In this document: positions 27,318-40,928 of the stretch, piece after piece
Layout of the letters: each line of letters opens with the position of its first letter
Numbering within the stretch: the stretch's first letter is position 1
Source of the DNA: Haliotis cracherodii
Lineage: Eukaryota
Direction of reading: 5' to 3'
Length of the DNA stretch: 64,000 nucleotides
NCBI RefSeq assembly: GCF_022045235.1
Contig: NW_027266273.1
Span: 3,472,001-3,536,000 of the forward strand
Program-made: the position numbers and the translations under genes
Notes under the pieces: model-generated
Told to the model about the DNA's origin: nothing
Seen by the model: the letters and a program-made list of their open reading frames with translations, nothing else
Database searches by the model: none

Positions 27318-28415
27318 TCAATAAATTTCTTTTACTTTGCGCAACCAATCTTCACGGGTTATTCTTTTAATGTCCCCATTTTCTGTAATATGATAAGCTT
27401 CTGGGCCTTGTTTGTGATAGAACACTATCCCTTCCGTGTAGCCAACTGCAATCTCAAGGACGCACCTTCTGCTCTCTGTCTTCACTGGATAAAAGTGGAA
27501 TTTTACAAGGTCTGAAGAAATATCTCCAAAAGATTTACCGGAATCTAGTTTGATTACATGAGATTTAATTAGACATTTGAGACTGTTCTCAAGTTCACGT
27601 TTTCCACATTTTAACTCAAATCCTTCAATATCTGGAACCACACTACTGTAAGTGCGTGAGCCGTCCGTTGATGTCTTGTACTCTCTATTTGTTTCAGCAA
27701 TTCCTAAATAGAAGGAGCCCCCTTCGTCATTATTTGTCATACAACTGAGATATTCTCGAAATCGAAGTTTTTCCCAAATATATTTGGCAATTGTATCTGG
27801 GTGACTTTCAATGGCGCTTTTGTCTTGTTTTTCGGGTCTATATGCTTTGAGTTGGATGTTTCGACTTTCGTGTGGAGTTGGTTGCAAGCCTCTTAATTCC
27901 GCAGCCTTTTTGGAGGACGCTTTTTTTCGAGACAAGAGAGACACGATGTTAAGCGTTGATGGTCTTTCGACCTGTAAATCCGAGCAAACTTTAGTTTTGA
28001 AATCTACAGTAGCAACACCCTTGGTTTTCTCAACCGATATTAGGATGCAATCTGTGAATTTCTCAAACGTGCTTATTTCACACAGCCATTTCCGTTTGTA
28101 TGTATCTACAAACAAGGTTCCATCACATATGAAATTGTTCAAACTTTTTTCCAGAAACTCATCCACGCATCCCAAGAAACGGTCACCACATGCCGTCCCG
28201 CTGACATGAAGAATAATGATGCCACCTGCTGTGTTTCTGAGTGCAGACAACTTGATCTCGATTTGTCTCAATTTTATTTTCTTTTGCTCTTTATATTTCC
28301 TTTTACCTTTTAAATCGCAAATGTCAATATGATCACTGAACAGATTTGGCACCTTCTTCTGTGATTTTTTGTACAGGTCAACAACCTTCTTGCAGGTACT
28401 ACAATGCCATGACAT
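27318..28415 (-). CDS. SLFN-like: Schlafen-like (AlbA_2 core) protein copy B, 365 aa, intact, single coding exon
   Basis: Schlafen-core motifs SALRNTAGGIIILH (cf. CALLNSGGGVI), HESRNIQLK (cf. ESxxxEFK), YLSCMTNNDEGGSFYLGI (cf. YVSAFANTxGGYLFIGV) and GIVF...PEAY. Acceptor ttgtgtttcag lies 6 nt before the ATG at 28415. No helicase extension. Confidence 0.85.
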   Translation of the reverse strand: MSWHCSTCKKVVDLYKKSQKKVPNLFSDHIDICDLKGKRKYKEQKKIKLRQIEIKLSALRNTAGGIIILHVSGTACGDRFLGCVDEFLEKSLNNFICDGTLFVDTYKRKWLCEISTFEKFTDCILISVEKTKGVATVDFKTKVCSDLQVERPSTLNIVSLLSRKKASSKKAAELRGLQPTPHESRNIQLKAYRPEKQDKSAIESHPDTIAKYIWEKLRFREYLSCMTNNDEGGSFYLGIAETNREYKTSTDGSRTYSSVVPDIEGFELKCGKRELENSLKCLIKSHVIKLDSGKSFGDISSDLVKFHFYPVKTESRRCVLEIAVGYTEGIVFYHKQGPEAYHITENGDIKRITREDWLRKVKEIY

Positions 28416-30319
28416 TCCTGTCTGAAACACAATAAGTTAAATAGAGTTTCAAAGCCACACGTCCTACAGTTACCAGCTAAACATTGATAGACTAGATATG
28501 TATGTTGTTTCCCCGAAACTATACAAGTGATACAGTTTCTGTTCGTTCGTTTTCGTTTTGACGGTCAGGAACGAGAGTTTCATTGTCAGTGACAGGTTTA
28601 AATGACAGCGATGGAGGATTGCCAAGACTCCGACTGAGGGGGACAAAGGTTACAGTGGCCACGCGGTAAATTTAATGTCACCAAAGTGAGGGGAAAACAA
28701 TGAGACAAATTTTAAAATGCTGAAGGTTTTAAATGTTTGGAGACAATTTGTCCACATGTGTATGTTCATGGGAAAATAATTTAAACCATTTCTACCATAG
28801 GAAAGGCTACAATATGTCCCGAACACTTGCTTTCAATGTGCACGTAGTTGAATCAAATGGGGTTCGTTTTTTGTTGTTGTTTAACGTCACACTCAGCAAT
28901 ATTCAAGCGACATGTATATGACGGCGGTCTGTTTGTTTGTTTGTTGTTTAACGTCGCACTCAGCAATATTCCAGCTTTATGACGGCGGTCTGTAAATGAT
29001 CGAGTCTGGACCAGACAATCTTGCTTAATTGGTTGATGTATGTCATCGTATCCCAATTGCGTAGATCGATGCTCATGATGTCAATCCGTGGATCGCCAAG
29101 TCCAGACTCGGTTATTTGCTAGAATTTTGCTGAGTCAACAATAAATCATAAATCATCCCAAATAGCAACCATCTGTCTTCTAATGTTATCCGGAACTACT
29201 TATTATATGCGTGACTTCAAAACGACCCTCTGGTGAAATTATGACAACAAACCCAACTCAGTAACATGTTTTAAATGAATTATATATGCAGGACATGACA
29301 CATTTAACACTACCTCATAACAATATGAAGAGCGTGCGACACATTGTGTAATCGAATCTTCAAAAACTTGATAACATGTACTATAGAACCGCGTGAACAA
29401 AGATCAAGGTACAACGGGTCGACAGGTATAATATAATGGAACTCTTAGTGTGTAGATGTTGTTTGTTGTTTAACGCCGAACTCCAACTCTCTTCAAGCTA
29501 TATGACGGCTGTCTGTAAATATTAGAGTCAATCCAGACCATCCAGTGATTGGCATAATGAGCATCGATCCACGCAATTGGGATACGATGACATGCATCAA
29601 CCAGGTCAGCGAGCCTGACCATCCGATCCCGTTAGTCGCCTATTACGACAAGCCTTTTATGGCAAGCATGGGTTGCTGAAGACCCATTCGAATTCTTACC
29701 CCGGTCTTCACTTATCCAGTGTATGGATGGTGACACAGCTGCCAATGTAACTAATTCTTACCATTCAGGACCCAATTGCACAAAGCCATGTTAGCGCTAA
29801 GATTATCGTAAGCCTATGTTAAAGTATGGGACTTACGATCATCTTCGCTCTAAGATCGCTTTGTGCAAGTGGGCCAAGGTTTATAAGATAAACACGGACG
29901 TGTAATAAATGTTTTCAGCAACGAAAGTTGACGTAAATAACGTGTTAATGCTATACGTTATCATACATGCACAGTGTGCTTGTTTGTTTAATTGTTTGGT
30001 AATTTGTTGTCTAACGCCGCAATATTCCAGCTATATGACGGCGATGTCGACCAGACAATTCAGTGATTGAAATCATTGGAATCGATCCAAGCAAATGAGA
30101 TACCATCATCAGAAAAGTCTACAATGTGTGGGGTCAATTCCCGGTGTCCAACGCGTGATATTTCTGTATAATATACCACGTTTGGTTCCGGGTTAGAATA
30201 GGCCCCCAGCAACCTATGCTGGTCGCACGAGGTTACGCACTGTAACGGTGGTCAGACTCGGTGACTTGATAGATTGCGCGCCATCTCACCCTAACTGTGT
30301 GGATCCTTACTCATAATAA

Positions 30320-30603
30320 GACCGCCTCCGTGGTCTTGTGATAGAGCGTCCGCCCGGAGAGCGGAAGGTCCGGGGTTTGATCCCCGGCCGCGTCATACCA
30401 AAAGACGTTAAAAGATGGTTTTTGTTGTTACCCTGTCGGGCGCTCGGCATTAAGGGGCTAAAACAAGGACTGGTCGGCTAGGAGTCAGTATACTGTGTCT
30501 GAGTGGGGTATTCATGTTAAACTGCAGCATTGTATCTCAGTGGGCTAGCACTATCAATCGGCATCATTCCGGACTAGTACAAGCAGCCACACAAACACAA
30601 ACA

Positions 30604-30684
<81 letters not shown>

Positions 30685-30798
30685 TCACGTCGCTATGTAA
30701 GTGCAATAATCATGGACGCGACGTTAAACCCCATTTCACCTCACCTCACCTCACCTCACCTCACCTCACCTCACCTCACCTCACCTCACCTCACCTCA
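30320..30798 (+). mobile_element. tRNA-derived SINE family 1 with internal (CA)n and (CACCT)n tail; other copies 1-285(+), 7607-7893(+), 14060-14407(-), 16170-16350(+), 63925-64000(+)
   Basis: Head gaccgcctccgtggtct..gtagagcgtccgcc with A/B boxes and a conserved central domain. Confidence 0.85.
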
Positions 30799-31479
30799 CT
30801 CAACCATCTTTTAGTAAACCATCTTTTATTTACATCCACCGTCATGTGGTCGGAATATTGCTGAGAGTGGCCTTATAAAACTGGCAAAACTGTAACAGGC
30901 TCAACACCTTACAGTTCAGGAGGTAATATAACCGTATTCTAGCGCTGTGGTTACGGGTGAAATTTTATTGGCTAAACGCTCCAGTGCAAATTATCATCAC
31001 CACGAAACACAGTTGTCACTGATCACAATTAACTTTATTCAAAACGTCAACGTTTTTATCAGTCTTGATTACTTCTGCCGAAACAGATTCCGTGGGGAAT
31101 AAAAAAGCAACACAGGGATACAAATTAGTTCAATGGATCACTTAAAAAGTCAAAGATGACAGACATTTTCGCGAAAAGGGTACGGTAAGCATACATGTAC
31201 ATGCATGTCCTGATGTACCGAGAGCACCCGTAACTCATACATTCTTTTTCATACAAAAGTAGGTTGTTGCCATACGACAGTGACCTCAAACATTTCAGCA
31301 TGGACAAGACAATCCAGTGATCAATATCATGAACAAGGACCTACGTCGTCGTGGTACGACGCCACGCTGTCAGTCAATCATCAATCCTGAACAACCGATC
31401 TATTAAAGTAAGTGCCAGTGAGAAATGTGTTGTGTATAGTGGAGAAACTCCCTGTAAAGATTCTAGCATGAGTACATAC

Positions 31480-31660
31480 CTCGTCATCGGATTCTTGAGT
31501 ATTGTGCATGCACACACTAGGGTCACGACAACGAATTATCCTGCACACGGCTAGTGAACGTGACAAACTGTTGATATCAAATTGATATCGTTATCGACAC
31601 AGACCTTCCTGGACTGACATGCCTACGTGTGTCAAACGTATAATCGATAAACCAGGAAGT
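31480..31660 (-). promoter_or_regulatory. Putative promoter and first exon of cassette B
   Basis: ACTTCCT on the minus strand at 31660-31654; donor gag|gtatgt at 31479; homologous to 60168-60340. Confidence 0.45.
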
Positions 31661-33429
31661 ATAGGTTTGTCCTTGTTTGTTTTTTAACGCGGCAAATATT
31701 CCAGCGGTACGACGCCTTGCGAGGGCACGGGTGACCCAGTCGTCTGAGAAGCCACAATTTCCTGTTGGGATCTACGTCCCTTGTGGGTTGGAAATCCATA
31801 TTCGTTCTGATTATATTTTTAGGTCTGTTTCTAGGTCATTTCCAAATTTTCCACAACGATGATGTCCTATCCATGCAATTTCCAATTTTGATTTGCACCA
31901 TATAATCCCGTGTTTGTACAGATGAACACTTGATTTGCCTTTGCATGTGTTTGTGGCGGGTACCACCAGCGCCGTAGATTACAGCCTTTCTCAAGCAACT
32001 CTTATAATCAATTTGTTAACATATGTTAACATTCATTGATTAACCTGATACTAGCGGAAGAAAGTAAGTTTGCTTCATATTGAATAGAGTAAATGTTAGG
32101 TCATTGAAAATATGTCACGGAGCTGTGCTCCAATGATCAGACGTATACGAATAAATTAATAACGAAAACGTGGTAAAAGGTTCACAGGTATATTAATAAC
32201 AACTAATTGCATTAAAGATGACAATAAAGGACCAGTTAAACCCAATCTGCGCTGACAAAGATCACGGAGTGATTACATCAGAGCAAATGATGTATTACAG
32301 TAATAAAATGAGCGTAGCAACACTTTGACAAGACACCAACCAGATGCGTTTTTACAGCCAATTAAGTCGGCTGCAACCAATTAACACCTGAGTCAATTTA
32401 CTCAACACTCAAATGAATGAATAACATCGGCAGGGTTGAATAGCTGGAAATAAACACAGAGAGCCTTCCCCTTTAATAAGTCACTTGGACTACAACATAG
32501 ACGAGTACGTCTGAATATCACTTTGAGTGAACAAGGAAATACTAAATTTTCCAAATGGTTAGACAATCACGGACAGGTTGGTTACCGACGGATTACTAGA
32601 AAAACGGAGTATGACACACCTTAGCTACTACGTTTATTTCAATCAACTGTTAGTAAGTCAGAACTGAGATCGAACAGTGTCCCGTAACCGGCCAAATGAA
32701 TCATTGGGGTAAAGACAAAAGAAACTGACAGATGTATAAATACACTATATAGCTACACGCGGACCTCAGAGAGGATAATCTCTTCTGGATAGCCGGGGAA
32801 TACAATAGTCTGAGGCGCTTCGCCAAACTGTGTTTCTAAACACAAGGAAAACACGAATAGCACCTCCTACTGTATCTATATTGACGATGTAAGTAAACAA
32901 ATACAGCTATCCAGCGGTATCATTAAGGACATACAACAAGCTATGTACAACTCTTGAGGAGGAAAACATGATCATGAGAAATATCTGAGTGTACGTATAA
33001 ATTCCCCATATGTTTGAAAATGATAGCTACAAAAACATTTTCAATACAAGAATAAGGTAGCGAACACGTAGGAGATAACATACATCAAGTCAATACATGA
33101 AATAAGAGTGACACAAGATCACAAGAGAATGAAATAGTTGAGCCACTAATTACCTAACACAGGAGTAATGACACCGCACAGCGACAACTGCCGGACTTTG
33201 ACGAGCAGTGTCGGAAATAAGTCGGGGAGAGGAGAGGTAACTAGACCGTGAAACGAGCAATTTAACGACCAGGTGACAAAATGAAATAATAATATTTGGT
33301 CATTCGTTTGATCAATGATTATCATAAGAAATTCATTGACAAAACCCATACCTGGTAATAGAGGGGTGGTTTAAGAACTCAATTAACAATGTCAATATGG
33401 GTGTGACCACCAATTGCGTTAGTATAGGC

Positions 33430-34420
33430 GAGGTAGCGGCGGTGCATTGAAGACACCAGATGATTGAAAAAAGCCTGATGGATGTTGTTTCAACTGTCAA
33501 CTAAACATTTGCCCAATGGAGCTACCGTCAGCGCCTGGTTCTGGTCCTGTCATAGGCGTCGTTCCATTTCATCCCGGACATGAAGTCCATGATAATGCAG
33601 CAATGTTATACTGCCTACTAAATCTGTTACAACATGTGCAATATGTGGGAGGGCATTTTCCTGCTGCAACATGACGTTACGTCCCTGCGTTTACACAAAG
33701 AACATGATATCGGACGATGTGTCCCGACACCGTACGCCATTCAAATTGCCATGAACAATGACGAGTTCAGATGCCACCCCATACCATCAACTTCCACCCC
33801 TAAAATGACGACGGGGAGTACACAAACGTCTCTAAAGTATTGTCCCTTGCACGTCCATCAGAACTGTCCAGATCAAACCTGGACTCATCTGTGAACAGTA
33901 TAGTCTTCTGAACTTCAGATGAGTCTCCACCAAGCTAGGCGTGCCTGACGGTGACGTGGAAGCACATTGAACGCGTCGCGGCTAGATGTTGTGTTCTCTC
34001 AACTGGTTGCATGCAGTCTTCCACTATTTGGTCTCAAACCAGGAATTGTCCGAGCTGTTAATGTGCCAGATTGGTGTTGATTCCGTACAAGTATGAATAT
34101 GGTTGTCTTGTAAGTGTGACGTCACAAGTGGAGGAGCATCCCATGGAAAGTTTGATGAACGTTAACATGTCTGGCAACTTCGTTATACGCCTTTCCTGTT
34201 TGAGCATACCCACGGCGCGTACACGTTGATTTCAGCAAGCTGTGGCATTGAGCAAGCGTTATTTACGGTCAAACAACGGTGTTTTTATGAGCACCTGATT
34301 CCAAAATAATAATTGTGTGCTGTTCACTTTTAAAACTACGTGTATGAGTACGCAAACGCAAACGCAAACACTCAAATTGTGCGCTGTGCATTACCTTGCA
34401 CGTGCAAATTGTGAATCAAG
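33430..34420 (-). mobile_element. Older, degenerate Tc1-like transposon remnant
   Basis: Minus-strand remnants such as LQQENALPHIAH (DDE second-Asp region) and N-terminal helix-turn-helix-like fragments; many stops and frameshifts. Confidence 0.6.
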
Positions 34421-34854
34421 AGCTTAATGTTGAGGAGACGTCTTCATGAATATGTATTGAAAGATGCATTATTTAATTTCGGAATAGATTTTATGGAGCA
34501 CAGTTACTCTTGTTAGTATCCATACATTAGCGAACAATTATGTTCACTCTTAGGAGCAACCCACATCCAATGTACATAACCAATGTGTCAAAGCAAAACA
34601 AAAAGTTGGACCCTTTGTTGATTATGACGGATCATATTAGAAAATAAGGTACTGTCCAGATTATATTATCAATAAAGGTACTGTCCAGATTAAATTATCA
34701 ATAAAGGTACTGTCCAAAGATTAGGAAACAGATTTTCAGCAAGTGTACCGTGATGAAACGTGAGTGACGGCCAACAGGTACCCGGCCCCGTTCTGCCATC
34801 TGACAAAGGGAAGCGAATCATCATCTTGCACGCTGGGACTCGTACTAAACGTCT

Positions 34855-35028
34855 GTGAGTGAGTGAGTGAGTGAGTTTGGTTTTACGCCGCTTTTAGCAA
34901 TATTCCAGCAATATCACGGCGGGGGACACCAGAAATGGGCTTCACACATTGTACCCATGTCGGGAATCGAACCCGGGTCTTCCGCGTGACGATCGAACGC
35001 TTTAACCACACGGCTACCCGACCGCCCC
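34855..35028 (-). mobile_element. Short tRNA-derived SINE family 3; other copies 19884-20005(+), 51323-51481(+), 60766-60925(+), 63029-63130(+)
   Basis: Head ggggcggtcgggtagcc..gtggttaaagcgttcg..cgtcacgc.gaagacccgggttcgattccc and (ACTC)n tail. Confidence 0.85.
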
Positions 35029-35479
35029 AATAGACGGCTTTGAAGTAGCCTGTGATTAACACAGAGAAATGAATGGAACGGTATTCTGTGAAAGGTTTAA
35101 CATGATGAGTCTCTTTCACGACTGTACAGCCCAAGCGTGAATGCGATGGATAACGCGAGTTACCGTAACAATAACCGAAACTGTAACCACAAATACGAGC
35201 AGTTTGAAAGTTTGCAAGAATACCTTCACTTCTGTCTGAGACAAATGTGCAACTTATTAAAAAGGTCAGAGTACATAACACACCCACTCAGAAAAAGGTG
35301 GTGACAAGTTGCCTTGGGCAGAGGGGAGGTGAAACACATAAAGGGTTTCAGGTGAGCCTATTAATTATAATACTGCACTTAACATTGTGCAGACTAACGA
35401 CAGTGATCAATTGCTAGTTTACGTCATTAAACCATGAGATCTTTTCCTCGCAAATACCTTTTATATTCCATTTGTTTTT

Positions 35480-38400
35480 TTTGCATCAGTTCACATATGT
35501 ACCAGTCAATACATTCAATCTACATACATCACTCCATACACTGAATCTGCATGTAACAGTCAATACACTGAATGTTCATGTACCAGTCAATATATTGAAT
35601 CTTCATGTATATGTCCATGCATTGAATCTGTATGCATCGGTCCATGCATTGAATCTGCATGCATCAGGCCATACATTGAATCTGTATGCACCAGGCCATA
35701 CATTGAATCTGTATGCTTCAGGCCATACATTGAATCTGTATGCATCAGGCCATACATTGAATCTGTATGCATCAGGCCATACATTGAATGTGCATGCATC
35801 AGTCAATACATTGAATCTGCATGCATCAGTCTATACATTGAATCTTCATGCATCAGTCTATACATTGAATCTTCATGCATCAGTCTATACATTGAATCTG
35901 CATGCATCAGTCATACATTGAATCAGCTTGCATCAGTCTATACATTGAATCTGCATGCATCAGTCTATACATTGAATCTGCATGCATCAGACTATACATT
36001 GAATCTGCATGCATCAGTCTATACATTGAATCTGCTTGCATCAGTCTATACATTGAATCTGCATGCTTCAGTCATACATTGAATCTGCTTGCATCAGTCT
36101 ATACATTGAATCTGCATGCATCAGTCATACATTGAATCAGCTTGCATCAGTCTATACATTGAATCTGTATGCATCAGTCTATACATTGAATCTGCATGCA
36201 TCAGTCTATACATTGAATCTGCATGCATCAGTCATACATTGAATCTGCTTGCATCAGTCTATACATTGAATCTGCATGCATCAGACTATACATTGAATCT
36301 GCATGCTTCAGTCATACATTGAATCTGCTTGCATCAGTTTATACATTGAATCTGCATGCATCAGTTTATACATTGAATCTGCATGCATCAGTCTATACAT
36401 TGAATCTGCATGCATCAGTCTATACATTGAATCTGCATGCATCAGTCTATACATTGAATCTGCATGCATCAGACTATACATTGAATCTGCATGCTTCAGT
36501 CATACATTGAATCTGCTTGCATCAGTTTATACATTGAATCTGCATGCATCAGTTTATACATTGAATCTGTATGCATCAGTCTATACATTGAATCTGCATG
36601 CATCAGTCTATACATTGAATCAGCTTGCATCAGTCTATACATTGAATCTGCATGTGCCAGTCAATACATTGAATCTGCATGCATCAGTCATACATTGAAT
36701 CTTCATGCATCAGTCATACATTGAATCTTCATGCATCAGTCTATACATTGAATCTGCATGCATCAGTCATACATTGAATCAGCTTGCATCAGTCTATACA
36801 TTGAATCTGCATGCATCAGTCTATACATTGAATCTGCATGCATCAGACTATACATTGAATCTGCATGCATCAGTCTATACATTGAATCTGCTTGCATCAG
36901 TCTATACATTGAATCTGCATGCATCAGTCATACATTGAATCTGCTTGCATCAGTCTATACATTGAATCTGCATGCATCAGTCATACATTGAATCAGCTTG
37001 CATCAGTCTATACATTGAATCTGCATGCATCAGTCTATACATTGAATCTGCATGCATCAGTCTATACATTGAATCTGCATGCATCAGTCATACATTGAAT
37101 CTGCTTGCATCAGTCTATACATTGAATCTGCATGCATCAGTCATACATTGAATCAGCTTGCATCAGTCTATACATTGAATCTGTATGCATCAGTCTATAC
37201 ATTGAATCTGCATGCATCAGTCTATACATTGAATCTGCATGCATCTGTCATACATTGAATCTGCTTGCATCAGTCTATACATTGAATCTGCATGCATCAG
37301 ACTATACATTGAATCTGCATGCTTCAGTCATACATTGAATCTGCTTGCATCAGTTTATACATTGAATCTGCATGCATCAGTTTATACATTGAATCTGCTT
37401 GCATCAGTCTATACATTGAATCTGCATGCATCAGTCTATACATTGAATCTGCATGCATCAGTCTATACATTGAATCTTCATGCATCAGTCAATACATTGA
37501 ATCTGCATGCATCAGTCATACATTGAATCAGCTTGCATCAGTCTATACATTGAATCTGCATGCATCAGTCATACATTGAATCTGCTTGCATCAGTCTATA
37601 CATTGAATCTGTATGCATCAGTCTATACATTGAATCTGCATGCATCAGTCATACATTGAATCAGCTTGCATCAGTCTATACATTGAATCTGCATGTGCCA
37701 GTCAATACATTGAATCTGCATGCATCAGTCTATACATTGAATCTGCATGCATCAGTCATACATTGAATCTGCTTGCATCAGTCTATACATTGAATCTGCA
37801 TGCATCAGTCATACATTGAATCAGCTTACATCAGTCTATACATTGAATCTGTATGCATCAGTCTATACATTGAATCTGCATGCATCAGACTATACATTGA
37901 ATCTGCATGCATCAGTCTATACATTGAATCTGCATGCATCAGTCATACATTGAATCTGCATGCATCAGTCTATACATTGAATCTGCATGCATCAGTCTAT
38001 ACATTGAATCTGCATGCATCAGTCATACATTGAATCAGCTTGCATCAGTCTATACATTGAATCTGCATGCATCAGTCATACATTGAATCAGCTTGCATCA
38101 GTCTATACATTGAATCTGTATGCATCAGTCTATACATTGAATCTGCATGCATCAGTGTATACATTGAATCTGCATGCATCAGTCATACATTGAATCTGCT
38201 TGCATCAGTCTATACATTGAATCTGCATGCATCAGACTATACATTGAATCTGCATGCTTCAGTCATACATTGAATCTGCTTGCATCAGTTTATACATTGA
38301 ATCTGCATGCATCAGTTTATACATTGAATCTGCTTGCATCAGTCTATACATTGAATCTGCATGCATCAGTCTATACATTGAATCTGCTTGCATCAGTCTA

Positions 38401-38585
38401 TACATTGAATCTGCATGCATCAGTCTATACATTGAATCTGCTTGCATCAGTCTATACATTGAATCTGCATGCATCAGTCTATACATTGAATCTGCATGCA
38501 TCAGTCTATACATTGAATCTGCATGCATCAGTCTATACATTGAATCTGCTTGCATCAGTCATACATTGAATCTTCATGCATCAAT
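35480..38585. repeat. 26/27-bp minisatellite array (ctatacattgaatctgcatgcatcagt), about 115 copies
   Basis: Directly visible tandem array; it generates the repetitive YTLNLHASV/SLYIESACI ORFs. Confidence 0.97.
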
Positions 38586-38841
38586 ATTGGAGGTTTCTCA
38601 ATAGACTGTAATACATTCAATCACTCGCCATGCACTAAACTCGTGTATGCAAGACGGAGAAGAGAAAGACCGTCAAATACCATCCTGGTTCAATACATCA
38701 ACATGCTACACACGAAAGCTATTTTGACCTATAAATGAAACAGCCTAGTATAACAACCCGTAACTCATACCCGCTGTCGTGACGTGTAACACTGCGAACC
38801 AGATCCTGCCTGACCCGCTGTAATACAAAGAGTACAAATTT

Positions 38842-39042
38842 ACTTCCTTGTTTCAAATAGCATGTACATGTACACCTGTAACTTAAGAGATAAGCTGAGT
38901 GATCTTCCCGCGGCTGGTAGACATGACAGCTCTTATTTCGTCAGTGAGACAAGGGAAACATGATATCAACTGAGTGATTTACATGTTGGCCAACAGTGTC
39001 TTTTGTGACACCAATACTTACTTCCACACACACGATGCAAAC
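38842..39042 (+). promoter_or_regulatory. Putative promoter and first exon of cassette C
   Basis: ACTTCCT at 38842; donor gtgagt at 39043; homologous to the copy A region. Confidence 0.5.
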
Positions 39043-39221
39043 GTGAGTATGCTTGTCAACGATACATAGTTTACATAGGAAAGAATATTGAACCAAATAG
39101 CATATTCTTCATAAGGTAAACAAGTCGTTATAACGTTCATCCATATTCATTTTTCCTCAAAATACAAGCAAAATGGTAAATTGACATGTAAATGTAATTT
39201 TTACAATGGAGGGATAAGTCA

Positions 39222-39425
39222 NNNNNNNNNNNNNNNNNNNNNNNNNNNNNNNNNNNNNNNNNNNNNNNNNNNNNNNNNNNNNNNNNNNNNNNNNNNNNNN
39301 NNNNNNNNNNNNNNNNNNNNNNNNNNNNNNNNNNNNNNNNNNNNNNNNNNNNNNNNNNNNNNNNNNNNNNNNNNNNNNNNNNNNNNNNNNNNNNNNNNNN
39401 NNNNNNNNNNNNNNNNNNNNNNNNN
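39222..39425. other. Assembly gap (N run)
   Basis: 204 N bases. Confidence 1.
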
Positions 39426-40928
39426 CAAAAAGAAACGTCCCCCCAAGTAACATTGCATGAAAAGTTGTCATTTAAATATCTGCGTAATTTTTGCCAAAGT
39501 TTCTAAAATTAAACATTACCTTGTCCGGAAAAATTTGATTTAATGATAAAAAACAAAGCAGATGACAATAAAACCGATCGCCCAAACGCATCATGGCAAC
39601 GGCCATGGTACCCCGGTGCACGTGAGTTCCGTTCAAATTGAAATGCACATGCGTTCCCCCATTTCTTGCCCTATAAAAATCAACCCAGATCGGATAACAT
39701 TCATTCGCTATTGAATTGCTACCACATGCCAAGCCCTTGGACGATTAGAAGCTGGACAAACTGCCCGGCAAGTAGCCAATGCATTTCAAGTCCGCGTAAG
39801 GACCATATACAGGCTACAGCAATGGTACCAGACCACCAACACAACAGAAGCCCGATCACATGGTGGAAGACCAAGGGTCACCACCTGACGTCAGGATCGT
39901 CAGATTGTGCGACAGCATCTTCAAGATCGCTTTGTTACTGCTGCTGAAACTGTTCGACAGACCATGGGGAAACACCAGCGACACATTAGTGCGGACACCG
40001 TACGTCGACGATTGACGAGCAGACACCTCTACTGTCACAGGCCACACCGAGGACCCATTCTGAAACCACGTCATCGACGGGACCGTCTTTAGTGTGCAAC
40101 AAAGCACCAGCATTGGCGCCACCAGCAGTGTAGAAGAGTCCTCTTCTCAGACGAGAGTTGTTACTGCATCTCAACAGCAGATGGCAGAGAGAGAGAGTCT
40201 GGCGACGCCGTGGGAAATATTATCCGGATGCTTGCGTTGTTGAGGGAGACTCGTGGGGTGGTCCGAGCATCATGGTGTGGGGTGGAATTGGTCCTGTACA
40301 GAGGGTCTGTCCTGTGGTCTTACAGAACATCGGTCCTGGGAGGGGCAATGGTGTCACAGCAGCTCGGTACATTGATCAAGCCTTAAGACCAAAGGCCATA
40401 CCTCATTTGGCACGTCGCCGCAACCACGAGTTTCAACATGATAACGCCCGTGCCCCCACTGTGAGAGCAACAAGAGAATTCCTCCAGCAGAATGGCATCA
40501 GAACCATGCAGTGACCTGCCCTCAGTCCCGATTTGAATCCCATTGAGCACCTGTGGGACGAGATTCAAAGACGGCTGAATGACATCCGACCAAGACCGAC
40601 AACTGCAGATGAACTGCGTCAGGCGTTCCTCAGAGTGTGGGCTCAAGTGCCTATGTCCTTCATCAACCGCCTCATCCATTCCATATATCGACGTTGCACG
40701 GCAGTCATCAATGCACATGGCGCACACATGAGATACTGACTTGTGATGCCATTTTCTCAGAGACTGGTGTTGTGTTTCACTTTAAGAACATTTGACACTT
40801 TAATTTAAACCTTGATCAGTTTTGCCAAGTTTCATCTTTTTGATATGTCTCAAAGTATGTTCACAGTGTTTGGACAAATAAGGTTTCTCATATATCTATC
40901 CATGACGTTTCTTTTGCGGTTGAGTATA
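39426..40928 (+). mobile_element. Tc1/mariner DNA transposon with disrupted transposase, in putative intron 1 of cassette C
   Basis: Tc1-type motifs TVRRRL, SIMVWGGI, FQHDNAR and SPDLNPIEHLWD across broken frames. The TIR fragment caaaaagaaacgtc (39426) pairs with gacgtttcttttgc (~40904-40917). The left end lies in the N gap. Confidence 0.9.

Larger units (their letters stand above)
11240..31880 (+). repeat. Segmental duplication unit 1 (cassettes A and B, tail to tail)
   Basis: Exons, introns and intergenic DNA are colinear with unit 2, e.g. 17890-18300 with 47510-47900, 19430 with 49680, 21372 with 50427, 28540-28800 with 57750-58000, 31320-31880 with 59980-60760. Confidence 0.85.

Noticed and set aside
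27811-28209. Antisense ORFs over the Schlafen genes (also 12776-13039 and 41985-42248)
   Set aside because: Shadows of near-identical sense CDSs; no independent evidence.
32100-33400. Possible decayed RT (IYIDD-like string near 32875)
   Set aside because: A single short motif with no supporting RT domains or open frame.
35472-38604. Many repetitive ORFs, and a regular repeat array that could suggest CRISPR
   Set aside because: Head-to-tail 26/27-bp minisatellite with no unique spacers and no cas genes; frames shift at every 26-bp unit.
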